NCBI GenBank assembly: GCA_965201145.1
Contig: CBDAVT010000002.1
Location: 2,203,380-2,267,379 of the forward strand
DNA from: Dehalococcoidia bacterium
GTDB taxonomy: Bacteria > Chloroflexota > Dehalococcoidia > Lucifugimonadales > UBA3495
DNA: 64,000 nucleotides
Reading direction: 5' to 3'
Positions within the stretch are counted from its first letter, which is position 1. Each line of letters opens with the position of its first letter. Positions 57,401 to 63,800 of this stretch are shown here, piece by piece. Position numbers and translations under genes: made by a program. Below the pieces are notes generated by a model. That model was not told the DNA's origin. It made no database searches and saw only the letters and a list, made by a program, of their open reading frames with translations.

Positions 57401-59259
57401 TCTCGGGAGTATCCCTTGCCCCAGCAGACCGCGTTCTTGCCGGCGGTGATGCCGCAGGTGATCGAGTCCCCGGCGGAGACTGCGTCCCAGTGGTACTTCG
57501 TGCCGTTGAGGTCGGTCGGGACGTTCGTTTCGCCGTAGGTGTTCTTGCCCCAGCAGACCAGCGCGCCTCTGCCGTGGTTCAGCGCGCAGGTGTGGTAGAA
57601 GCCGGCGCTGATGTCCACATCGCCCTGCATGATCGGGGAGGCGGCATCGCCGAACAGGCTCAGGTCATGCACCGTCGGGTAGTTGGTTTCGTACCCCTCC
57701 ATATAGACGACGAAAGATTTTCGGGCTGGTTCCCCGGCCGGAGGCGCGTTGTGACGTGTGCAGGTGATGCGTATGTTGTCGCCACCGATGGGGGTGTCGA
57801 GATGCTCAGAGCAAATCACGCCCGATGAGGTTTTCACCCCTCCCGGCAGGACGGCGGCGTAGCGATAGCCGCCGGGCATCTCCGCCACCGCGGGCTGGAT
57901 CTTGACATACTCCCCGTCAGACCATTCGTGCATGTACTCCGGGGCGTTCAGCCGGAAGCGGTAGCCGTCCCACTTGGGCCAGACCATCTCATCGGTTCCG
58001 TGCCAGTCGCCGGCCTTGCCGTCGTAGTTCCAGTCGGACCAGTACTGCGGGGCAACGACGCCGTCGTACAAGCCCTTGTTGCCGTGATCGCCGGTGCCGC
58101 TGCCGTCGCCGTCGCTCATGATCAGCTGGATCCTGATCCGCTTGTCGCGGTTCTGGACCATATCCTCAGACATGCTCATGCGCAGGTAGTTGACGCCGTC
58201 GTTCATATAGCCTGGGCCGATGGGGCAGCCCTTGGCGTACTTTTTCCCTTTGTAGACGTAGCTGCCGGGCCGCACTGTCGGCTCGCGGCGCGTTTCGTCA
58301 TAAACTATGGTGTCCTGGTGACAGGGGCCCGTAATGAGCCGGAGGGGGCCCGAATCGGGCTCGCCATCCTTCGGCGTCGGCACAGAGGCGTGGTGCTGCC
58401 AGTAGTCCCGCTGATCCCACTGGCTGTCGAAGTAGCCGTTGGAGTTGGCGTAGTTGATCTGGACGTAGATGCCCTTGATGTAGCGGGCGGGCGGCGGATT
58501 GTCGAACTTCCAGGCGATGGTGAAGCCGCGCTTGCCGTCTTCCGGCTCAACGTCAACGTAGTTGAGCCAGGCGTCAAAGCCCATAGGGTCTGGGTTCGCC
58601 TCGGCCGGCTCCAGGTTGAACAGGCAACTAGCCAAATCCGCTCCTGCGACTGAGTTCAACCCGGCGTTCTTTCCGCCCGGCACACTCGCAACCGGGATGT
58701 CATCGTGGTCCGGGACGGTTACGCCGATGGAGTTCTTGAGGTGATACTCATGGTAGGCGTATTGGGTGCCCTCTACTTGGTTTGATACGTCTCCCCGGGC
58801 GGTATCTGCATTGCCGGAGATATACCAGCCCTTGGGTAGGTTCGAGCCTAGGTACTGATACTTGTACCCCACATAGTCCGCGGTGCTCAGGGCATCGGGG
58901 ATGTCCCAGCCGCAGACCACCACCGGGTCGGTGTCCGTGGTGATGTCCTTGTAATGGACGGTGACCTCCATGTCCAGGTCCGAGTTGGCGCCCTGGCCGA
59001 AGGTCCCCAAGTTCAGCGTGCGGTCCTTCAGCGTGAACTTGGTGCCGACGCCGTAGTAGTCCTCGTCGTTATAGTTGTTGGTTCCCGAGGTGTGGCGCCC
59101 GTCGCGGAAGAAGGTGTCTTCCTGCAGGGACGGCGTGGCGCCGTACTGCACCAGCACTTCGTCCAGGACAACGTGGTTATTGCTGTCGCTGGTGTCGGTC
59201 AGCTTGATGACGATCGTCAGCCCGCCGGCGCCGCCATTGGGCGGGTCGAGGCTGGGCAC
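54448..59259 (-). CDS. giant secreted multidomain protein (main reading frame)
   Basis: 1603-aa ORF. Contains RCC1-like repeats (C.L...G...CWG.N.YG), an FN3-like segment, a pre-peptidase C-terminal (PPC)-like domain (YYSFTLSEES...TYTIEATTF), three PT/PEPT linkers and two about 100-aa Ig/cadherin-like repeats at the C-terminus. It has no signal peptide of its own. Confidence 0.8.
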   Translation of the reverse strand: MPSLDPPNGGAGGLTIVIKLTDTSDSNNHVVLDEVLVQYGATPSLQEDTFFRDGRHTSGTNNYNDEDYYGVGTKFTLKDRTLNLGTFGQGANSDLDMEVTVHYKDITTDTDPVVVCGWDIPDALSTADYVGYKYQYLGSNLPKGWYISGNADTARGDVSNQVEGTQYAYHEYHLKNSIGVTVPDHDDIPVASVPGGKNAGLNSVAGADLASCLFNLEPAEANPDPMGFDAWLNYVDVEPEDGKRGFTIAWKFDNPPPARYIKGIYVQINYANSNGYFDSQWDQRDYWQHHASVPTPKDGEPDSGPLRLITGPCHQDTIVYDETRREPTVRPGSYVYKGKKYAKGCPIGPGYMNDGVNYLRMSMSEDMVQNRDKRIRIQLIMSDGDGSGTGDHGNKGLYDGVVAPQYWSDWNYDGKAGDWHGTDEMVWPKWDGYRFRLNAPEYMHEWSDGEYVKIQPAVAEMPGGYRYAAVLPGGVKTSSGVICSEHLDTPIGGDNIRITCTRHNAPPAGEPARKSFVVYMEGYETNYPTVHDLSLFGDAASPIMQGDVDISAGFYHTCALNHGRGALVCWGKNTYGETNVPTDLNGTKYHWDAVSAGDSITCGITAGKNAVCWGKGYSRESLGKKIGTIISDSSGTAYPNVKDVAVGGRHACLVQEDSNQPICFKDSTPKQGDFPHEANHNIVKLAVDDWGNFTCGLIPDTASFGGLDLRAARCADSPSSRGDGDQRVSIQGPDISSLGGGPAIKRAELYSLDALEVSNNTLCLIAHDLGLDCFEFGSGAVSGRDYPFDRGNFMPNGAYTSVGMGPGGICATRLEGHIRCWNASWHIGEQLTLWDGTSPTTFDWTGSSEPFQVSWYNNDRLNRGATDTDETDFWWERSSGYTIGGTHYGYAKFERVDSMPVYVYFNENGIYTYRPKGLTHPPDDERYVRVDVGKEHACAITSTGKTRCWGNNNYVQLRVPSALLTGKPQGTAPGGPPDSGITPIVPQIDSLTATDGGDGTSLSISWTAFSGAAAHSIRWGEVNEIDNNGVVQKVIGPYSARVATDSANAHAISGLTADQLYSVEVVALDSDDNVLAIGTVEGTPELPPTPTPTPTPEPTPEPTPEPTPTPMPGCVVEALDQSSDSVTVEGTWDSSCGSANRPPGAYAKYYSFTLSEESEVQIDLIVPADVPDPTTPGDFIIGRDAYMYLLSGEGTNGSVIEENDDGGVYTNSQITRTLSAGTYTIEATTFYSSTAGDFTVEVSGLTTEATTPAPTTAPGPTATATPVPTATAVPAPTPEPTPEPTAAPTPEPTPEPTPAPTPDPTPGPDATLIAAFDDLDIWNGGEQALDMDDHFRGAGLTYQVMVTTTNQRTGNQKTGELNTIAVNKVTGAWDGSVLTLTGGPAALQSLTIAITATDENSGTASDDFTLTLVAVPPATPEPTAAPTPEPTPEPTPEPTPEPTPEPTPEPTPEPTPEPTPAPTPEPTPEPTPEPTPEPTPEPTPEPTPEPTPEPDNPATLIDEFDDVELSEGETSALDMTSHFSGDGLTYAVEVTTTHQRTGAVKTGKLNEIARNKVTGSWSGSTLTLTAGGAASQELTIKITATDSNGGTASGQFKFTLDNG
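54777..55008. repeat. coding microsatellite-like repeat (18-bp period) encoding PEPTPE linker
   Basis: GGCTCCGGGGT(A/C)GGTTCCGGAGT(G/A)GGCTCGGGCGTA reiterated. Shorter versions lie at about 55330-55500 and 55925-56000. Confidence 0.8.
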
Positions 59260-59693
59260 CAGCTTTTCCGTGGTGTTGTTCGAGCCAGCTTGGGGGAACC
59301 AAGGTTGTTTTCGGTCCAGTCGGTGTCGAAGCCGAGCTGGACGATGCCGTCGGAGCCGTCGTTATACAGATAGACGTTGTCCATCTGTACAAGCTGCTCC
59401 CCTTCGGGCACGTGGAAGTCGAACGTTGTGGGGTTTATGGTCCCTTCGGAGTTTATCGCCCGGTCGAAGCAGATGAAATCCACCGCGGCGCCGCCGCGGG
59501 TCATCGGTTCGCTGCACCCCTTGACGTTCTCAATTGCATGGTTGCTCCTACTGGCGTCGCGGGCTTCAGCCTGCTGGGTGGGCGCGGCCAGGGCCAAAGC
59601 CGTCAACCCCACCACCGCCGCCAGGAACAGGGCGGTGATAAACGGTAAACTTCTGACGGGTAAATTTTTGCTGGTACGGTAAAGGGCAAACAT
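59217..59693 (-). CDS. N-terminal fragment (signal peptide plus first domain) of the giant protein, separated by a 1-nt frameshift
   Basis: The ATG at 59693 gives MFALYRTSKNLPVRSLPFITALFLAAVVGLTALALAAPTQQAEA (Sec-type signal). The frame meets the 54448..59259 frame at a C5 run (G5 on the plus strand, 59292-59296). One extra C fuses them. Confidence 0.6.
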   Translation of the reverse strand: MFALYRTSKNLPVRSLPFITALFLAAVVGLTALALAAPTQQAEARDASRSNHAIENVKGCSEPMTRGGAAVDFICFDRAINSEGTINPTTFDFHVPEGEQLVQMDNVYLYNDGSDGIVQLGFDTDWTENNLGSPKLARTTPRKSWCPASTRPMAAPAG

Positions 59694-59697
59694 CTTA

Positions 59698-59717
59698 CCC
59701 CCCCCCCCCCCCCCCCC
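59698..59717. repeat. C20 homopolymer tract (G20 on the coding strand), 4 nt upstream of the giant-protein start codon
   Basis: Counted directly. The mRNA-sense context is G20-TAAG-ATG. Confidence 0.9.
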
Positions 59718-59916
59718 GCCGGCGCGGGCTAAGCCGGGGGAGGATTTTCCGCATAGTACGAGCCATTGGGGGCACCTCCTGAATTTTGTTGGTGTGTGGA
59801 TGGGTACTCGGTATAGGTACACACTGCGCCCGGAAACACAACTCCAGCGATTCTATCAATCAAGCGCAGCATAAATAATGCTAGAACATAATTGGGCGGA
59901 ATGCAAGGGGGTAACA

Positions 59917-59946
59917 GGCCCTCATCCCCGGTCCGGGGGGTGAGGG
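59917..59946. repeat. REP-like palindrome
   Basis: GGCCCTCATCCCCGGTCCGGGGGGTGAGGG. Confidence 0.6.
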
Positions 59947-59968
59947 TTTTCCGAGGAAGGGGTAAGGG

Positions 59969-60481
59969 CTAGTCCAAAGTAAGCACCAGGGTCAGCAGGG
60001 CGCTAACCGTTGCAATCACCATCGCCGCCGAGCCGCCAACAATGGCATAAAAGAGCCGGTCGATTCGGGAATTAACACTCTGCTGCATGGCATCAATCCG
60101 GGCGGACACCAAATCAATCCGAGTGTCCATACTTTGCTGCAGGGCATCAATCCGGGCGTCCATACTCTGCTGCAGGGAGATTATCAGGGCATTTGTCGCC
60201 CGCTGGTCCTCCCGCAGCTCGGACACTGCCGTCTCCACCCCCGTCAGCCGGGCATTCGTTTCCCGCTGGTCCTCCCGCAGCTCGGACACTGCCGTCTCCA
60301 CTCCCGTCAGCCGGGCATTCGTTTCCCGCTGGTTGGCCTGCATCTCCCCGCGCAGCTCCACCAGGCCCGTCTCTACCCCCGTTAGCCGGGAATTGGTTTC
60401 CCGCAAATCGTCCCGCAGGTCTGCAACCGAGTGCTCTACCGCCGTCATCCGTTCCGACAAGTCATCCGTAGTTGTTACCAT
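59969..60481 (-). CDS. tail-anchored coiled-coil protein, tandem paralog 1
   Basis: Start at MVTTTDDLSERMTAVE (AGGAGA RBS). Modular 11/21/25-aa repeats (RLTGVETAVSELREDQRETNA). C-terminal TM LFYAIVGGSAAMVIATVSALLTLVLTLD. Confidence 0.7.
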   Translation of the reverse strand: MVTTTDDLSERMTAVEHSVADLRDDLRETNSRLTGVETGLVELRGEMQANQRETNARLTGVETAVSELREDQRETNARLTGVETAVSELREDQRATNALIISLQQSMDARIDALQQSMDTRIDLVSARIDAMQQSVNSRIDRLFYAIVGGSAAMVIATVSALLTLVLTLD

Positions 60482-60512
60482 GGTTTTATCTCCTGATTGA
60501 GCTATGCCAACC

Positions 60513-60540
60513 ACTATACCGGATACCGGCCCATTGTCAA
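60513..60540 (-). promoter_or_regulatory. sigma70-type promoter of paralog 1
   Basis: Minus-strand TTGACA-N16-TATAGT, about 30 nt upstream of the start codon. Conserved upstream of all four paralogs. Confidence 0.6.
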
Positions 60541-60570
60541 TCCACTGGGCCAAGGGGAGCGAAACAAAAT

Positions 60571-60608
60571 TCCCCTCTCCTCGCGGGAGAGGGGCCGGGG
60601 GTGAGGGC
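60571..60608. repeat. REP-like palindrome
   Basis: TCCCCTCTCCTCGCGGGAGAGGGGCCGGGGGTGAGGGC. Confidence 0.7.
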
Positions 60609-60628
60609 TTCCTGGGAAGGGGTAAGGG

Positions 60629-61048
60629 CTAGTCCAAAGTAAGCACCAGGGTCGGCAGGGCGCTAACCGTCGCAATCACCATAGCCGCCGAGCCGCCAAC
60701 TATGGCATAAAAGAGCCGGTCAATGCGGGAATTAACACTCTGTTGCAAGGTTTCAATCCGGGCGGCCATCTCGCTCTGCAAGGAATCGATCCGGGAGGTC
60801 ATCTCGCTTTGTAAGGTATCAATCCGGGAGGTCACGCCATCGATCCGGGCGTCCACACTTTGTTGCAGGGAGATTATCAGGGTATTCGTCGCCCGCTGGT
60901 CCTCCCGCAGCTCGGACACTGCCGTCTCCACCGCCGTCAACCGGGCATTGGTTTCCCGATGGTTGGCCTGCATCTCCCCCCGCACCTCCAACACCGAGTG
61001 TTCCACCGCCGTCATCCGTTCCGACAAGTCATCCGTAGTTGTTACCAT
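60629..61048 (-). CDS. tail-anchored coiled-coil protein, tandem paralog 2
   Basis: Same N-terminus, RBS (GGAGGAAAGGAAACT) and C-terminal TM as the others. Different set of internal modules. Confidence 0.7.
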   Translation of the reverse strand: MVTTTDDLSERMTAVEHSVLEVRGEMQANHRETNARLTAVETAVSELREDQRATNTLIISLQQSVDARIDGVTSRIDTLQSEMTSRIDSLQSEMAARIETLQQSVNSRIDRLFYAIVGGSAAMVIATVSALPTLVLTLD

Positions 61049-61079
61049 AGTTTCCTTTCCTCCGTAAGTTCTGCCAACC

Positions 61080-61107
61080 ACTATACCGGATACCGGCCCA
61101 TTGTCAA
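61080..61107 (-). promoter_or_regulatory. sigma70-type promoter of paralog 2
   Basis: Minus-strand TTGACA-N16-TATAGT. The MITE copy 5 boundary is 19 bp upstream of the -35. Confidence 0.6.
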
Positions 61108-61126
61108 TCCACCGCAGTACCCGGCC

Positions 61127-61309
61127 CAGGGCTATCGCATATGGATTTTAAGAGGCCAATTGACGGTTAAATCTCCGTTTTTAACTGCTAAATTTGGGTA
61201 ATTTAAGACTTAAACCGTTGGTTTTGATGTTGATTACCCAGTAAAGCGCCGCCAAAACATCGGAAAGTTCCGTTCTGAGCCTGAAATTTTTTCATATGCG
61301 ATAGCCCTG
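61127..61309 (-). mobile_element. 183-bp MITE-like element, copy 5 (variant A, inverted)
   Basis: Same TIRs. TSD (A)GTACCCGGCC (61116/61117-61126 and 61310/61311-61320). Confidence 0.9.
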
Positions 61310-61317
61310 AGTACCCG

Positions 61318-61433
61318 GCCCTCACCCCTAGCCCCTCTCCCACGAGGCGAAGGGGAACTTTGGCGGATAAGCCGGCTACTGCCCCAAACATAAACTCCCC
61401 TTTCCCCCAGGGAGAGGGGCCGGGGGTGAGGGC
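61318..61433. repeat. compound REP-like doublet
   Basis: CCCTCACCCCTAGCCCCTCTCCC...spacer...CCCCTTTCCCCCAGGGAGAGGGGCCGGGGGTGAGGGC. The same doublet occurs at 62185-62297 and 54215-54310. Confidence 0.7.
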
Positions 61434-61477
61434 TTTCGGGACGGGGCCGAGCTTTCGGGAGGAGAAGGGGGTAGGAG

Positions 61478-61915
61478 CTAGTCCAAAGTAAGAACCAGGG
61501 TCAGCAGGGCGCTAACCGTCGCAATCACCATAGCCGCCGAGCCGCCAACAATGGCATAAAAGAGCCGGTCAATGCGGGAATTAACACTCTGTTGCAGGGA
61601 GATTATCAGACCATTCGTCGCCCTCTGGTCCTCCCGCAGCTCGGACACCGCCGTCTCCACCGCCGTCAACCGGGCGTTGGTTTCCTGCAAATCACCCCGT
61701 ACCTCCAATACCGAGTGTTCCACCGCCGTCATCCGGGCATTGGTTTCCCTCTGGTTGGCCTGCATCTCCCCGCGCAACTCCACCAAGCCCGTCTCCACCG
61801 CCGTCATCCGAGCGTTGGTTTCCCGATGGTTGGCCTGCATCTCCCCGCGCAACTCCACCAGGCCCGTCTCCACCGCCGTCATCCGTTCCGACAAATCATC
61901 CGTAGTTGTTACCAT
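61478..61915 (-). CDS. tail-anchored coiled-coil protein, tandem paralog 3
   Basis: Same termini. Contains two TGLVELRGEMQAN(H/Q)RETNARMTAVE modules. Confidence 0.7.
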   Translation of the reverse strand: MVTTTDDLSERMTAVETGLVELRGEMQANHRETNARMTAVETGLVELRGEMQANQRETNARMTAVEHSVLEVRGDLQETNARLTAVETAVSELREDQRATNGLIISLQQSVNSRIDRLFYAIVGGSAAMVIATVSALLTLVLTLD

Positions 61916-61946
61916 AGCTTCCTTTCCTCCGTAAGCTCTGCCAACC

Positions 61947-61974
61947 ACTATACCTGATACCGGTCCATTGTCAA
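61947..61974 (-). promoter_or_regulatory. sigma70-type promoter of paralog 3
   Basis: Minus-strand TTGACA-N16-TATAGT. The MITE copy 6 boundary is 19 bp upstream of the -35. Confidence 0.6.
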
Positions 61975-61993
61975 TCCACCGCAGTACCCGACC

Positions 61994-62176
61994 CAGGGCT
62001 ATCGCATATGAAAAAATTTCAGGCTCAGAACGGAACTTTCCGATGTTTTGGCGGCGCTTTACTGGGTAATCAACATCAAAACCAACGGTTTAAGTCTTAA
62101 ATTACCCAAATTTAGCAGTTAAAAACGGAGATTTACCCGTCAATTGGCCTCTTAAATTCCATATGCGATAGCCCTG
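61994..62176 (+). mobile_element. 183-bp MITE-like element, copy 6 (variant A)
   Basis: Same TIRs. 10-bp TSD GTACCCGACC (61984-61993 and 62177-62186). Confidence 0.9.
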
Positions 62177-62184
62177 GTACCCGA

Positions 62185-62297
62185 CCCTCACCCCTAACCC
62201 CTCTCCCGCGAGGCGAGGGGGACTTTGGCGGATAAGCCGGCTACTGCCCCAAACACAAACTCCCCTCTCCCTGGGGGAGAGGGGCCGGGGGTGAGGG
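62185..62297. repeat. compound REP-like doublet
   Basis: CCCTCACCCCTAACCCCTCTCCCGCGAGGCGAGGGGG...CCCCTCTCCCTGGGGGAGAGGGGCCGGGGGTGAGGG. Confidence 0.7.
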
Positions 62298-62340
62298 TTT
62301 TCCGGACGGGGCCGGGTTTTCGGGAGGAAGGGGGTAAGCG

Positions 62341-62790
62341 CTAGTCCAAAGTAAGAACCAGGGTCAGCAGGGCGCTAACCGTCGCAATCACCATAGCCGC
62401 CGAGCCGCCAACGATGGCATAGAAGAGCCGGCCAATTCGGGAATTAACACTCTGTTGTAAGGTATCAATCCGGGCGGTCATCTCGCTTTGTAAGGTATCA
62501 ATCCGGGAGGTCACGCCATCGATCCGGGCGTCCACACTTTGTTGCAGGGAGATTATCAGGGCATTCGTCGCCCGCTGGTCCTCCCGCAGTTCGGACACTG
62601 CCGTCTCCACCGCCGTCATCCGGGCATTGGTTTCCCGATGGTTGGCCTGCATCTCCCCGCGCAACTCCACCAGGCCCGCCTCCACCGCCGTCAACAGAGC
62701 ATTGGTTTCCCGCAAATCACTCCGCAGCTCCACCAGGCCCGTTTCCACCGCCGTCATCCGTTCCGACAAATCATCCGTAGTAGTTACCAT
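62341..62790 (-). CDS. tail-anchored coiled-coil protein, tandem paralog 4
   Basis: Same termini. Its module order differs again. Confidence 0.7.
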   Translation of the reverse strand: MVTTTDDLSERMTAVETGLVELRSDLRETNALLTAVEAGLVELRGEMQANHRETNARMTAVETAVSELREDQRATNALIISLQQSVDARIDGVTSRIDTLQSEMTARIDTLQQSVNSRIGRLFYAIVGGSAAMVIATVSALLTLVLTLD

Positions 62791-62821
62791 AGTTTCCTTT
62801 CCTCCGTAAGTTCTGCCAACC

Positions 62822-62849
62822 ACTATACCTGATAGCGGCCCATTGTCAA
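62822..62849 (-). promoter_or_regulatory. sigma70-type promoter of paralog 4 (unoccupied MITE target next to it)
   Basis: Minus-strand TTGACA-N16-TATAGT. The single-copy GTACCCGGCC at 62859-62868 is the empty-site equivalent of the copy 5/6 targets. Confidence 0.6.
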
Positions 62850-62865
62850 TCCACCGGGGTACCCG

Positions 62866-62938
62866 GCCCTCACCCCTCTCCCGCGAGGCGAGGGGTGTTT
62901 CTTTTTCGTCACCCCTCCCTCAGGAAGAGGGCAGGGGA
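62866..62938. repeat. REP-like palindromes
   Basis: GCCCTCACCCCTCTCCCGCGAGGCGAGGGG ... CACCCCTCCCTCAGGAAGAGGGCAGGGGAG. Confidence 0.6.
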
Positions 62939-63033
62939 GTTTCGTTCCATCTGGTGTATAATATATCTTCGGACGAAGCGGCCCGCCCCGACACTTGCAG
63001 CCGCAACGATTCAATAAATGGAGGTATGATTCA

Positions 63034-63726
63034 GTGAAGTTACTGGTAATCAGCGGTGGACGACACCCCTACGAGGAATCTACTCCTATCCTTAACGACT
63101 TTCTTACCGCCGCCGGCCACGACGTGACGGTTACCGAGGATGCCTCGGTGCTGGCTAATTCGGCGGAGATGAACGCCTTTGACGCGCTGGTGTTTAACAC
63201 TCGCCGGGAAAACATCCCCGACTTTGGGGACTGGGCTTTAGCCCCGGCGGAACGGCAGGGTATGGCCGACTATATCCGTTCCGGCAAAGGATTCGTCTGC
63301 CTCCATATTTCCACCTGCCTGTCCAATACCTGGCCCGAGTACCATGAAATCACCGGCGGCGGCTGGATTACCGGAACCAGTTACCACCCGCCCTACGGCG
63401 AGTTTACGGTCAACGTGAGCCAGGCCGGGCATCCCGGCGTCCAGGGCGTATCCGACTTTGCCACCAATGACGAGCTTTATATGGGCCTGGCCTACGGGGA
63501 AGGCAACGATATTTTCCTCACCGGAGATTCGGAGGACGGTACCTGGCCCTGGGGCCCGAATCGCTCCCCCACCTTTATGGCCGGCGGCACCTATCCCCTG
63601 GCCTGGACCCGCGCCTATGGCGAAGGCAAGGTCTTCGTCCTGCTGCTGGGCCACGACGGACGCAGCTTCGAAACACCCGAGTTTCAGCAAATAGTCCTCA
63701 ACGGCGTAGATTGGGCCACCGCCTGA
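63034..63726 (+). CDS. ThuA-domain (trehalose-utilisation-like) protein
   Basis: GTG start 9 nt after GGAGG. KLLVISGGRHPYE ... GFVCLH ... WTRAYGEGKVFVLLLGHD is ThuA-like. Confidence 0.65.
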   Translation: MKLLVISGGRHPYEESTPILNDFLTAAGHDVTVTEDASVLANSAEMNAFDALVFNTRRENIPDFGDWALAPAERQGMADYIRSGKGFVCLHISTCLSNTWPEYHEITGGGWITGTSYHPPYGEFTVNVSQAGHPGVQGVSDFATNDELYMGLAYGEGNDIFLTGDSEDGTWPWGPNRSPTFMAGGTYPLAWTRAYGEGKVFVLLLGHDGRSFETPEFQQIVLNGVDWATA

Positions 63727-63769
63727 GCGCGCTAATTAACCACCTCTACCGCAGCCGGAAAGAAAAACC

Positions 63770-63800
63770 GGGCCGGGGCTTTTGCCCCGGCCCTTACTTT
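63770..63800 (+). terminator. intrinsic terminator
   Basis: Perfect 10-bp stem GGGCCGGGGC-TTTT-GCCCCGGCCC followed by TTACTTT. An A-run on the 5' side makes it potentially bidirectional. Confidence 0.6.

Noticed and set aside
61203-61391. Small ORFs running through MITE/REP sequence (also 41561..41773, the last 24 codons of 11281..11949, and the tail of 47783..48877)
   Set aside because: The same peptide strings (…AIAYEKFSGSKRNFPMFWRRFTG, …GYRIWILRGQLTGKSPFLTAKFG) arise wherever the element is inserted. They have no start or RBS context and are read-through artefacts.
59969-62823. Regular repeat/spacer-like periodicity that could suggest a CRISPR array
   Set aside because: The repeats are in-frame coding modules of four paralogous genes with their own promoters and RBSs. 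There is no constant repeat with unique spacers of fixed size and there are no cas genes.
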